NCBI GenBank assembly: GCA_965603825.1
Contig: CBFDEM010000018.1
Coordinates: 744,001-808,000 of the forward strand
DNA length: 64,000 nucleotides
Reading direction: 5' to 3'
DNA from: Blepharisma stoltei ATCC 30299
Lineage: Eukaryota > Protista > Ciliophora
Shown here: in pieces, positions 1 to 13,400 of the stretch
Layout of the letters: each line of letters starts with the position of its first letter
Position numbering within the stretch: position 1 is the stretch's first letter
The notes under the pieces: model-generated
Seen by the model: only the letters and a program-made list of their open reading frames with translations
Told to the model about the DNA's origin: nothing
Databases searched by the model: none
Made by a program: the position numbers and the translations under genes

Positions 1-1082
<1,082 letters not shown>

Positions 1083-1150
1083 CATTTTGCCATAAATTTT
1101 ATTTAAGCAAATCTGATTTCTATTATATCTGTAAATAATGACTAATAAAT

Positions 1151-1531
1151 ATGAAATTGCTCGCATTTTTGCTCGCCTCGATTGCATTAGCTGCAGTCTA
1201 TAACTTAGATGTAGCATCAAACGCCAGAATTAATCCGGGAGGATCGTCTATTCTTGAAGTCACCTCAAATCCGTCAACAGGATACATGTGGTATTTTGTC
1301 CCATCAAATTCAGCTAAGATATCAGTGGATGACCCAAGAGGAGCCTTTATTGCTCCAGCGACAGAGCTTGCAGGAGCACCAGGGAAACAAAGATTTACGA
1401 TCTCATGCAGCCAACTCTGTGTAGAAGGTGACATACTTGAAGTCATTTTGGCTTTGCAGCGCCCATGGGAACAAGCTCCGATTGATATAAAGAAAGTTTC
1501 AGTTGAAGTAACTAATGATCAGTTAGATTAA
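1151..1531 (+). CDS. Secreted chagasin-family (I42) cysteine peptidase inhibitor
   Basis: Signal peptide MKLLAFLLASIALA; the three chagasin loop motifs NPSTGYMW, GAPG, RPWE. Confidence 0.88.
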   Translation: MKLLAFLLASIALAAVYNLDVASNARINPGGSSILEVTSNPSTGYMWYFVPSNSAKISVDDPRGAFIAPATELAGAPGKQRFTISCSQLCVEGDILEVILALQRPWEQAPIDIKKVSVEVTNDQLD

Positions 1532-1945
1532 AACTAATCAGAAATAAACTATTGTAGATTTCCAGATTTTTTTGGCTGCTTTTTAATGATTATTTTCAAC
1601 TATATAAATCAAAGAAAAATCAGCCAATCTCAAAATTTGAAACTCTTTAGATGTATCTAATACTAACGAATTATGATTTTGAGCAGAATTGCAAAATACG
1701 ATATAGAAAAAATATGACGTCCAACTTTATTCTCTATTATTTGATATTCCAGGGCCAGATTGATTTTATTCATACTTATAAGAAAATGCTTTTTAATTTT
1801 TTTGAGTTATACTCTTGAAGGCTATTCTTTAAGATTAGTTGAACTTAGTGATACCATTAAATAAATTTAAATATATTTGGCATGCAAGAACTGAGTTAAT
1901 AATGACTAATAACAAAAATTCAAAATATTTCTCATACTGAATAAG

Positions 1946-4900
1946 TTAAGAATTTAATGAATATAAGATTCCTTGAAGTCTTATCTGCTGGTTAGCATGA
2001 CTGTCCTTCAGCTTTTGGTCCAGCTCGAGAATCTGCTTTTTAATCTTATAAATCTTCTTCAGACTCTTACTTCTTGTTTCCTCAGAAAACTCATCTTCTT
2101 GACAAATCTGCAAATACTCTTTTTTCCCATAATTTCTCCTCCAAAACAGTAAAGTTTCTGCTTCAATCAGCATTTTAATGAGCTCAAACGTGTCTGCAGT
2201 GATTTTTTGGTCTTCTACTCTGTTAAAAGTGTCTCCCATCAAGTTAATGATCAAATTAAGCATGATAATTGGGTTTAAAACTGTAAACATAAAGAAATAA
2301 AGCCAGAAATACATCCCATAATCCTCAATTCCTGGGTAATCTCCTAGGTTTGTTTGATACGCCTGGGTCACCGCATGGAAAAAGTAATGATCATCACCAG
2401 GCTCCTGCACAAGCACAAAAGCAATGAGCGCCAGAGCAATTGTGGAGTAAAACAGGATTGATAAGAAATACACGACATCTTTATATACTTCTTGAACTAA
2501 GTTGACAAGGGTTCTCATTGACTTAAAAACTCTAAAATAAGTGATTCCTCTCATCCAGGTCACAAAATTTAAACAAGCCAAAAAGCTTTCCATATACTCT
2601 CTATAGCCTGTTCAAACAAGTATAGAATAAGCATCCATCATCGTCATTCTTGCAATATCAAAATAATTTCAGCCGCTTTTCCAATAATACCCTCTTCCAA
2701 ATTTCATGATATAGAACTCATAGACTGACAATACCTGGCTAATCACAAAAGGAGCAATAAGAAAATCATTATGGTACTGGTACAAAGCTGTATATATTGC
2801 CATCAATATCAAATAACTCGCATAAACTAAAGCTTGAATATCAATCATCCAGCTAAGTTTCATTCATTTATCCTTCAGAATTATCTGTATTAGAGGAGTC
2901 TCAAATGTATCCACATCAGTACATTCCTGCAAGCTTTCCAAATACATGAGACTCTCTCTCGACCCTGGCGTCAAATTTAGTTTGACAAGTGTTTGAAGGA
3001 AAATAATTGCCTTTCCTTCTAATGTATAGTTGTCATTCAGCATAAAGTTTTCAGGGTTTGGGATAATGAAATCAGATCTGATCACTATCGGCAGTGATAC
3101 AGAATCTTTGCAAAACTTTGGGAAGTTTTTCCCATTGGCTGGAGTCAATATAGTAGTATAAAACTTGTCGAGAGACGAAAAGCTGCTTTCGTTTAGAGCT
3201 TCAATTGACTGCTCAAAATAGTAAAAGACGAACATGTTGTTCCTAGCCATTCGGTCTATAACTTTAAAAATTGCTGAAATACAGTCTCCGAATTTCTTAT
3301 CCAGGCAAATTGATAAAGGAGTTTCGCCAGTCTTGGTGGGGAAGAAAGGGCCGTCTTTTGCAAGTCCTAAGCGTAAATGCTTGCTCAGGTTGAAGTAGGA
3401 ATAGAGATGCAAAGTATTGATACGATAAGGCATGATTATCCATTTATCCATATCTGGGTTGTGTTCAACCTTATCTCCCATAATGACTTTGCTGATATAT
3501 TTTAAGTAAGCATATCTTTCGTCACTTGGGCCATAAATTGCAAAATTTCTATCAGATTTTAAGGGGTTTCGAAGTAGGCAAATGTCGTATTCTTCAGACA
3601 CTGCAATTTTGTTCTCATCTGGAGAAATGGCCATAGCTATCATGGGTTTTCTTGTTTTGATTGCAGTCAAAAATGAGTAATTTTTCATGCTTCAAATAGA
3701 AAGCAAACAATCCTCTGAACAAGCCAGAAAATATTCTCCATCAAGAGTACAGTAAATGTTTCTTACAATCCCAGCATGATAAATAATAGTATGCATGCAG
3801 CTCTGCTTCTCTAAATTCCAGATTCTAATTGAGCAGTCCCTACAGCCTGATATCAATGTGCAGCCATCTCTTGAAATTTCCAGGCATTGAATACGGTTTG
3901 TATGTCCCGAAAGCTCAGTTATAAATATCTCATGCTTCAAATTATGGACTAAGATTTTTCCTTCATCGTCTCCTGAAAACAGCAAATTAGTCTTTTCATA
4001 TAGCGCAAGTGCCCAGACCCCGGATTTGTGAGTTCTGTATATCTTTCTCTTGACATAGGTGCTCATATCTCATATAGAAATTCTAAAAGCTTCATCTCCA
4101 GTGATTAAGGTGTTCCCATCACCTATTATTAAAGCTCGAATTGAGCCGTTTTCTTCTATGTCTAGCTCTCTTTCTCTTTGGTAGTTGGATAAATTCCAGA
4201 TAATCATCTTGTGGCTGTCTGTGCATGAAATCAGGAATTTTTCATCTCTGGTTAAGGCTAAGGCAAACATGCTATCATAGTGCTGAAGCTCCTGGATTTT
4301 TTCATATGTTTTTACATCCCATAAGATCACTCTTCCATCGTCTGAGTTGGAAATTAAAGTCCCTGTAGAGGTGAAAATAAGTTTATAAATCGTTTGGGTA
4401 TGGTCTTTAAGCAGTCGGTTGTATCCGCTTTTTGGCATCTTCCAGGAAAATAGTCTGCAATCTTTTCCTAATGAGTAAATAAAGTTTTGGTCATTGCTAA
4501 TCAAAACAGATCTCACAGTATCACTGTGACCATTTAAAACAAGCTCATCTCTCGGGATATCGAGGTACCAAACTCTTATGGTTGTATCTTGTGAGCCAGA
4601 TATTAATGTGTCTTCATTCAAAGTAAAGCACATGTCCCTGATTTTTTTAGTGTGCCCATATAACTCTTTTGCAATTTCCCAAGTTCCAAAAAACCAAAGA
4701 GTTATGCTTCCATCAGTTTTTCCAGCTGCTATATATTTTAGCTTTGGAGAAAATTTTACAGAGTATAAGCCAACGTCTAATGCTAATGAGATGTCTTCTT
4801 TGTCTTTGCTTGTATTATAAACTTTTACATTGCCATCTTTGCTGCAGGAAATCAAAAAGTTTCCATTATAACTGATATCAACTGCCATAACATTATCATT

Positions 4901-5491
4901 ATGAGAGTAAAGTGTTTTTGAAACCACTGAACTATCGTTTCCTTGGGTTGCATCCCATTTCCTGACTGACTTGTCATTGCTTACTGAGTACATATATCTT
5001 TCGTCAGGAGAAAGGGTGATGTCATTTACTTGAAGGTCATGGCCGACGAAATTGTTGTAGATTTCGAAGTTCGAGTAATTGAATTTTTTAATTGACCCGT
5101 TTTTGCAAGCTGTTATGATAAACTCTGATTTACCTTGCAAAATAATGCTTGTGATTCCCCCTAAGAATCCGACATTTTTTTCTCTTATCACTTCTTTTTC
5201 AGTGCATATGGCAATACGTCCTTCTTGGCTCCCGAATACGAAATTCCCATCATCTGGGTTAAAAGTCAAGCTTTTCCCGCTAAAAGGTGTCTTCAACTCA
5301 TTTGGCAAAAATCCAGCAGTTTTGATAAAGATGTCCTGAAGCTGCTCTCGTATGTCTCCAGTGTTTCTAACAGCAAACATTTCTCTGAGCACACTGTTTC
5401 TGAGATCATCAAATTGCCCTTCTTCTTTATTCTCTGCAGCTTCTCCTCCTTGAAGCTTGACCACTTCAAGTTTCTGAAAGTTAAGTGCCAT
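1946..5491 (-). CDS. WD40-repeat protein fused to a TRP-like ion-channel domain (1181 aa)
   Basis: Five ORF-track pieces lie in one frame, separated only by TGA; many GH..WD repeats; C-terminal TM region with [W]NYFD, YFRVFKSMRTLVNLV, MLNLIINLMGDTFNRV. Confidence 0.85.
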
Positions 5492-5586
5492 TTATAAGGC
5501 TTTCGTCAGTTTCATTTCGAAAAAGATATGAAATTATTTCTTCTTCTATCATATATATAATTAAATTACTGCTATTTTAATCACTT

Positions 5587-6507
5587 TTAATAATTAGGAG
5601 CGATTTTCTTTGTATCATATGTCACTGACGCCTCAAGAATCTGATTTCCATAAACGAAATTTGCAAAGAGATAGACGACGTAAGCAACTGGGATCAGCAA
5701 GCTTACATACTGAATCCAAGCAAATTTCATGGTTTCTAAAAACACCGGTCTATAAACGACAGGCTGATTTGCCGGAATCCTTACTTTCATTTTTATATCA
5801 ATACTCCCTGTCTGCCCTCCATATAATACAAGAGGCTTTCCATAGTCATAGCTCGTCGTAACATTTCTATCATTATATGCTGAAATAATTGACGGCAAAA
5901 ACATTTCAGCACTACTTGTTGTATCAATCAATGAATGGTTATATGTAGTCAATACAATTGAAGACGGCCTGATATTCTGAGTTTCTTTAAGATTAAGCCA
6001 CCCGTCAATATAGATTGTAGAGGCACCAATAGGAGTGTCAATGTCTGCATACCCCATCGTGATCATGTCCATCCTTGCCCTATCTCTTAGTCGGTAGTCA
6101 TAAAAAGTCATAATTTTGATGTTTCTTAGGTAGCTAGGGGTTTCGTACATAGTGATATTGAATTCATACAGATCTGGCTTACTGTCAAAGTTATAGTCAA
6201 TCAGCGAACTCTGAATTAGCATTGGTGAGAGATCTTCAAAAAATAAATCATTGATGCCAGCTAGTGAGGAGTAAACTAATGTGCCTTGGTCTGCTGTATA
6301 AGCCATTATGATGATTTCTTTGCGGTAGAGGACTACTGGCTGTTCTTCGTAAATTTCCCGCTTTTTCCAAAACTCATGGGTGGAAAAAGCAAGGAAAAAA
6401 GGCAGAATAATAACAATTAGAAATAAAACCCAGCAAAAGAAGTAGCTGCAGCTGAATCTTGAAGCTCTGTATTGCTTCTGAATAGGAGTGCCAAATAGTA
6501 AAGCCAT
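5587..6507 (-). CDS. TMEM231: Ciliary transition-zone protein TMEM231
   Basis: N-terminal TM + FWKKREIYEEQPVV; C-terminal YRPVFLETMKFAWIQYVSLLI; ATG at 6507. Confidence 0.9.
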   Translation of the reverse strand: MALLFGTPIQKQYRASRFSCSYFFCWVLFLIVIILPFFLAFSTHEFWKKREIYEEQPVVLYRKEIIIMAYTADQGTLVYSSLAGINDLFFEDLSPMLIQSSLIDYNFDSKPDLYEFNITMYETPSYLRNIKIMTFYDYRLRDRARMDMITMGYADIDTPIGASTIYIDGWLNLKETQNIRPSSIVLTTYNHSLIDTTSSAEMFLPSIISAYNDRNVTTSYDYGKPLVLYGGQTGSIDIKMKVRIPANQPVVYRPVFLETMKFAWIQYVSLLIPVAYVVYLFANFVYGNQILEASVTYDTKKIAPNY

Positions 6508-6863
6508 TTGTTTATTATTCAGAGAGTAATAAATAATCAAAATACGATGGCGTTTGGTTTAATTTTGAGTTGACAGTTTTTAATTTTAAATCAAACCGAT
6601 GGAAAGATTAGAATAAAGAAATGGGCAGATTGCCTTGAATAGAAAATGAAGCTGGGCTTGGGCTAAATCTTGTTAAAAGGATACTGGAAATAAAAATAGC
6701 AAAAAATGAGTAACTAAAAGAATTAAATAAGAGAAAGGGCCCGATAAAAATAGAAAACCGGAAGATCTTTAAATTGATTGAGAATTATAAAGGAAAGAGT
6801 TAAAATGTGATTAGTAAATTTAAATTCTTAGAAAAAAATGGATAACTAATAATAATTATTACA

Positions 6864-7796
6864 ATGTCATTAATCGTTTCCACCCCTGCACAAATTGCTA
6901 GTGCTCCTACAAACAGATCAACAGCCAAACAGCAATGGTCTTTTTCTAAAGCTGCTCGATTTTCAACCATGAAGCCCACCGAGTAAACGCTATTCAGAGG
7001 CCATTTCTATTCAATTCCTCCAGCTTTTGACAAGAGATCAGCTTCGATTGGCTATGGGACTAAATCTGATTTTACAAAAGAGCGAGGCCAAGGAAACCCA
7101 GATCCCAGCGCATATAACTTGCCGAGTGATTTTGATACTAAAAAACCACACGGCCAAGCATACTCCTTCGGGATTTCTCGAGAAGCATGTGAAAAAAGGT
7201 ATGTCGAAGGCCATTTTAGAGCTGACCCCTCAGTCCCAGGCCCCGGAACGTATGCTATTACTTCAAAGATCGGGCAAGAAGGCAGAAAATTTACCTTCAG
7301 ACCTCGCACATCTATTCTAGGTAACTGCTAATTAGATGAAATGTTTAATAGCAGAAAAAGCCCAGGACCAGGAGCTTATGACCCAAAGCTAGAAGTTGAC
7401 AAAGGAAGATATACATTAAGCACATTCAAAAATGCAGGAATTACAACATTCTCCCCTCTTTCTTCACCAAGATTTCCAAAAAACCAAAAAAATGGTCTTC
7501 CTGGACCTGGTGCGTACTATAACAACGAAGACTTTTTAAAGTCAGGGTATTATTTATCAAAATTCCATTCACCAGGAAATAGGGCTTTTCCAATTTCAGA
7601 TAGGGATTCATCACCCACTTCAGGGTTTTGGGATACACCAGGACCAGGGAGCTACCGGCTTCCAAGCGAGTTTGGTTACTACGAGAGCAAGCATAAGAGC
7701 TTAGAAAGAAGGCCAAACACTCAGTCAGTGCCTAATCTGAAATCTCAAAAGACTCCTGCAATTAATAAAAAGCCAAAGCCTGTCACGAGAAATTAA
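6864..7796 (+). CDS. Sperm-tail PG-rich repeat (STPG/ODF3/SHIPPO-like) axonemal protein; 2 introns
   Basis: Repeated PGPGAY/PGPGTY/PGPGSY motifs; one continuous frame after removing 6983-6997 and 7321-7335. Confidence 0.88.
6983..6997 (+). other. 15-nt spliceosomal intron
   Basis: gtaaacgctattcag; removes in-frame TAA. Confidence 0.85.
7321..7335 (+). other. 15-nt spliceosomal intron
   Basis: gtaactgctaattag; removes in-frame TAA. Confidence 0.88.
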
Positions 7797-7927
7797 ATAA
7801 TAAGCAGAATTTAATTAGCTAAACATAGACTGTCTATATAATCACTTGTTTTTCATTATTAAATTGCTCTCTGGCATCAATTAACAAATATTTAGAATTT
7901 TTTAAATAAACTTTATAATTATCTTTT

Positions 7928-8530
7928 ATGGTGAGATTCTTTAAAGACAGCTTTGTTGATATGAACCCCAGAGGAATTTATTGGGAGCTTCAATCAAGAG
8001 TTTTAAAAAGAAATAGGCTCTGGGTTTCAATGCCTCGCATCCCTCCAATAAGACGAGATGCATTCCAAATATTCATGGTCGCTGTAACAAAACATTGAAA
8101 TTATCTATTTGAAGGAATTTCGATGTATGTTCCAAGGTCTTTAAGATATGCAGAACTCGGAGCATACGGTTTTTTATGGATTGGTCTTTTAATTGGCATC
8201 ATTTTTCATCATACAGAAACAAAACTTTGAAGAGAAAAAATTTGGGATAAGGAGCCAGGGGCTGTCATTCCTTTAAGGCGTAATTTCTTTGTAAGAGCCA
8301 AAAATTATATTCTCAATTACAATGTGAAGCCTTTTATTTATTATTTCGGGCTGTTTATTAAAGAAAGGGATCTGGATAGTACAATTGATTTGGCCCAAGC
8401 TCAAGCAGGGAGGAAGTACCGAAGATTTTTATTTATGGAGTATGCAAGAAGAAATTCACTCGAGAAATTTAGAGACAAAAATTATGACTTTTTAGAAATC
8501 AGCAAAATGTATGGAAAAGACTCTCTTTAG
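7928..8530 (+). CDS. Hypothetical single-TM protein (200 aa), possibly mitochondrial
   Basis: ATG 7928, open with two TGA=Trp to TAG 8530; MVRFFKDSFVDMNPRGIYWEL...GAYGFLWIGLLIGIIF; ORF track shows only the last 68 aa. Confidence 0.7.
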
Positions 8531-8578
8531 ATCTCTAAGTTAATGCTACGAATTAATTGATTTCTTATATAGTGTTAG

Positions 8579-9829
8579 TTAAGAATTAATATTTTCACTA
8601 GATCCCATTATCAATTCGCATTCTCTTAGCTCAGAATTAATCTTCTTTGAAGAAGGCCTTAAAGATTTATCGAACGATCAAGTTTCTCTGATGATTGAAC
8701 AAATAAAAGGGAATTTTCTTTCAAATTCAGCTATTATTAAAGGTTTTCACCTTTTAAATGCCAAATTACTCATAAATTCTTGATGCCGTTCGTTAAAATA
8801 CTCCAATCCTTGTTGATTTGTAATTTGTATATTTCTTTCAAATGGTTTTTCATTTAAAAAGATCTCAAACATTGTCATACCAAATGATCAAATATCAGAA
8901 GATTTGTCAATTATTTTTGCCTGTAATTGTTCTGGAGAAGCATATATAAGTGTGCACTTACCCTTGGTTGTTGTTTTGCTACTTTGAAATTCGCTGATAT
9001 TGAAATCACATATTTTTGGAGTGTTAAATTTATCAATTAAAATGTTTTGAGGTTTTATGTCAAGATGGCAGATCCCTCTTAAGTGGATTCACATTAAGCC
9101 ATAACTAGCTCCAATTAGAAGATTCAGCTTGTCTTTTTCTGTTATTTCTATGCTATGCTCCAGTAAATATTGTTTTAATGTTCCACGTTCGCAATATTCA
9201 GATATAATCCCAATTTTATTATCGCTTATGACAACACCTAAAATATCCAAAACATTTTTATGATGAGAAAGCATGGCCATTTTTAGTTCTTTTCACAGTG
9301 TTTCTAAATTGGGCGTATTCTTAGGAACTTTTATTGCAACCTCTTGACCAAATAAAATATTTTTATAAATTAATGAGTCTCCTCCAATTGCAATTGGATC
9401 TCCACTCATAAAATCAGGATTATTTAATTCTTCTTTAGGAATAACCTCCAGGAATGAACTATGATCAAATCATGTATTAAAAAAAATTTCATTGACAGAT
9501 TCTCACATATTCTGAACATAATCACTTAAAGATAAAGAATTTTCATCCCTTGGCTTTGCAACTTTGTCAATATATCTTCGATCATAAAGAATTCTTAAAG
9601 ACGGAGTCTTGTTCAGTATAATTGTGTAAACTGGAAGATTATAAAACTCAATTCCATTTTCATAAAGCCCACTAATTGATTTAAGTACTTCTTCAATGAT
9701 GTCTATAGAAATATCTTCTCAAACGAGAGAATAATAAAAAGTGTGATTTGCAGTAATTGAATCTGAGTCTATAATGATAAATTGGGCTTTTATAGCTTCA
9801 TTGCTTTCTATAATTTCATTTATGTTCAT
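8579..9829 (-). CDS. Divergent TKL-like protein kinase (416 aa)
   Basis: VAIK, HLDIKPQN, ICDFN, YASPE, SDI[W]SFG; eight TGA=Trp; ends TAA. Confidence 0.85.
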
Positions 9830-10045
9830 ATTAAAATTATATTTTAAAATATTTTAGAATCTTGAATTTTTAGGAGAGTAAAATAGCATCATTTATTAAT
9901 TTTCAACTTGTGTCTACCTTATAGCTCAATCATCACTTTTTTTCAAAGAAAACATATAGTAGTTATTATAGGAATATCCTAAACGCCCAATATAGATTCC
10001 TCCCTTATTATATGTAAACGTATCTAAGAGGTTTTTATTCTTTAA

Positions 10046-11017
10046 TGAAGAAATTGAGCCCTCCTCATTGAAATAGAAGAAAACTTATATAGAGTCTTTA
10101 AGAAATCTATCGATGCTGGAGTCAATTTTTTTGATACTGCTGAAAGATATGGCGCTGGAGCAGCAGAAGCACTTATCGGAAACATTTTAAAGCGAGGTGA
10201 TTGAGATCGTGACAATTTAGTTATTTCAACTAAATTTCTTAGATGTGGTAGGAGCATTGGATTGTCTCGCAAAAGGCTAGTTCAAGGAATGAGAAATTCC
10301 CTTAAGCGGCTCCAATTGGGATATGTTGATGCTATGTACCTGCATAGATATGATCAAGAAGTCCCATTAGAAGAAACTATAAGAGCAGTCAATCATTTGA
10401 TTGAAAAAGGGAAAGCTGATTATTGAGGAACTTCTGAATTTACAGCTCTTGAAATTCAAGAGTGATATAAGATCAGCGACAAGTATGGCTTTATCCGCCC
10501 AGTTGTTGACCAGTGCCAATATAGCCTGATTGTAAGGGATAAAGTTGAAGTGGAATTCCCTCCTTTGTTCGACAAATATGGCATGGGCGCAGTTGCATGA
10601 AGTCCTTTGATGGGAGGATTTTTATCAGGAAAATATAATGATATGAGCATTCCTGAAGGATCAAGATTGGCAGACCCTAGTTTGCCTCAAATAGCAAAAA
10701 AGCCATATGAATCATTCTTTTTGCCTGAAAATCAAGAAAAGACTAGGAAACTCCTTGGTGGTTTAGGGGAACTTGCTTCGGAGATAGGGTGCTCACAGTC
10801 GCAGTTAGCGCTTGCTTGATGTCTAAAGAATAATGATATTAGCAGTGCGATTTTTGGTGCAACTAAACTATATCAAGCTGAGGATAACCTTGGGGCTATC
10901 GATGCTTTATCTAAGTTAACTCCTGAAATCTTAGCGAAAATTGAAGAAATTTTTGATACAAGACCAAAGCCTCCTATCAATTGGAGAAATTGGCAGTCAA
11001 TGCCTTCAAGAAGATAG
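10046..11017 (+). pseudogene. Aldo-keto reductase (Kv-beta-like), apparently 5'-truncated
   Basis: GVNFFDTAERYG, LVISTK, SLKRLQLGYVD..YLHRYD, Y[W]GTSE, A[W]SPLMGG; frame is blocked upstream by TAA 10043-10045 with no in-frame ATG before the catalytic residues. Confidence 0.6.
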
Positions 11018-11241
11018 GTAAACCAATTGATATTGAAAAAATTCTTGTCATTCTCCATTTTAATTTTCATTTTTAATATAATATCATTATTTAATGAATT
11101 ATAACTAGAAATATCAGTTATGTTATCTACTTAATCATAAGCTTTAAAACAAATTATACATTTTTTAAATTTGACTTTCGACGTTTTTATTATAAATGAC
11201 TCTGCTCTTTTTACTCACTCATTAATCTACTTTATTTAAAA

Positions 11242-12450
11242 CTAGTTGCAATTATTTTTCTTTCTCATCTGAAATTCTCTATCCTTTTCTCTTGCTTCAA
11301 CTTTCAAATAAATCCATCTTTCATTTGATTCAGCAAATGTATAATAAGCATCATTCATAGCGACTCTATCACCACATTCCTGTAAGCCTTCATTTTCATC
11401 CTCTTTTTCACCTCTAAACCTCCATTTGCAATCAAAAAAACCGCAATTTTCTGCTCTACTGACTCTTTTACCGCAAGCAGGACATTTTAAACTTGTTATT
11501 GTTTCTCCAAATGAGAAAACTCCAAATCCTTTATTGACAATAACCCAGTCTCCTCTACTTCCAGCTTCACAATAACTGTTCCTACAATGTGCCTTGAAAG
11601 AAATTCCTCTTTTTACGGTCCTTCATCTTGGAGCATTCTCATCAAATCGCAATACTAGTTGCTTTTGCTCGGTGATGTCAGCAAAAGTAAACCCTAATCC
11701 AGAAACGCCTCCTAAAGCTCCTTTGTGCCCTTCAATGCATGCTCGATTTTGAATTGGGTAACACATTATTGTTTTATCGTCATCTAGCACAACTCCATTC
11801 TGCAAGATAAGTCGAAGCACTTTTTTACCCCTGCATGCCAAAAGCCACTTTAACTCAGAGACTTTTGATGAGTATTTAATATAGAGGGAGAATCCTTCTT
11901 CACCGTCAATACGGATATTGACAAGCACATACTTAGATTGGTCGTACACATTTTTTTCAAATTTTAGCTTGATCTTTATCATAGAGTTATTTTCAATAGT
12001 TTGCAATTGTGCATCTACATTTAATTTTCCATAAGATTGGAATTCTAACTCTCTGAAATTCGGAATATCATTGAGAGACAAACGCTCATTTAATTTTTGC
12101 AACAAGTCAAAAATCGTATTTTTCTCTGGGTATGGAAATGAAATATGGCCTGCTTTTTTGATAGAATTGACTTTGAAATGAATACATCAGGTTGGGACAT
12201 CTGGATGAAGAATGAATTGAAGCCCGCCTTCCCATTTAATACTCTTTATCTTCTCAGCACGATTCAGCCGTCTGCCATTCGTGTACAAGGTCAGATCCAT
12301 GGAGTCAATTGATTTTTTGGTTTCAATTATCTTTGCTAAATCTTCAACAATACCATTATCTGGAATTTCATCAGATTCTATATGAAATAAGTCGTCTATA
12401 GACAAGACTTCAATTGACTGTAAATTAGTGGTCCGCCTTTGATTAATCAT
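11242..12450 (-). CDS. Multi-ubiquitin-like-domain protein with Cys-rich C-terminal domain (402 aa)
   Basis: One frame with TGA=Trp; UBL-like LTLYTNGRRL and KVSELK..LILQNGVVLDDDKTIMCYPI..ALGG; then APR[W]RTVKRG..HC..YC..KCPAC..NCGFFDCKW. Confidence 0.78.
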
Positions 12451-13400
12451 ATTATAAGAAATTTAATTTCAATGCTATATAATTGAATTATTTAATTTAG
12501 TTATTCAAATTATTTATACAAAGCCTCAATGATATGATATAACAGTCATTTTCCAATTTCTTAGTCATATTTAGGATCAAAAAAACAGGCAATTTTTTGT
12601 CTAAACAGTGCATGTCTACATATGAAAATGGACTTAAATTAATTTTTGTAAATTAAGATTAATCAAAGTTACTACAATAATTTAAAATAAATTGCATGAA
12701 TCCTATATAAATTATTTTTATTATTAAGGCAGAAATTTAAGCATTTTTAATAATAAAATTTAAGCAAGGTCAGCTACTTCTTTGATCCCATTGAAGTTTA
12801 AAATAAATTTCTTCATCTCTTTAAAGCACTTTTATGAACCTTAATATTTCTTAGAATTGCATTCTAATTTATTAGCGAAATTTTTTAGCTATCTCTTTTT
12901 CATTTTTTAAAGTTCAATAAATCAGCCTTAAAAGCTTCTATAGTTTATTGATTCAAAATAGATGCAAACCCCCTTCTCTCAACAGTTTGATCTGGGTTGT
13001 TCCGCTAACATCAATGCTAGTAGTTCCTATAATTGAGGCTTGAAAATTATCATACCCATGCTTCACAATTTGAGATTCATGGCCATTTAAACCTAAGAAA
13101 ATAATATAATTGATTTAAATTTAAGAAGTCAAATAATTTTAGATGCTTTTAATTATGCTGATACTTCTTCCATCTTCAGCTTTTGCAAAAATTTATCATT
13201 ATTTATTAGAAATTGCTTTATTAAAATTAGCTATTTAATATATATAATGATATAAAATTATCATATTTAATTAAAGCTAAGTTGGAATATGTTTGCAAAT
13301 TCAATGATTTATTCACGAATATTAAAATTCAAAAAAGTTAATTTTCTCCCAAAACTACCAAATTTTTTATTTAAATTTTGAAAAAATCTATTAGTCTAAA

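Noticed and set aside
10014-10028. gtaaacgtatctaag as a 15-nt intron rescuing the AKR start
   Set aside because: Lacks A at position 10, ends AAG, and does not remove the blocking TAA at 10043
12720-13200. Possible minus-strand gene relic (about 50 open codons)
   Set aside because: No recognisable motif; stops in the frames examined
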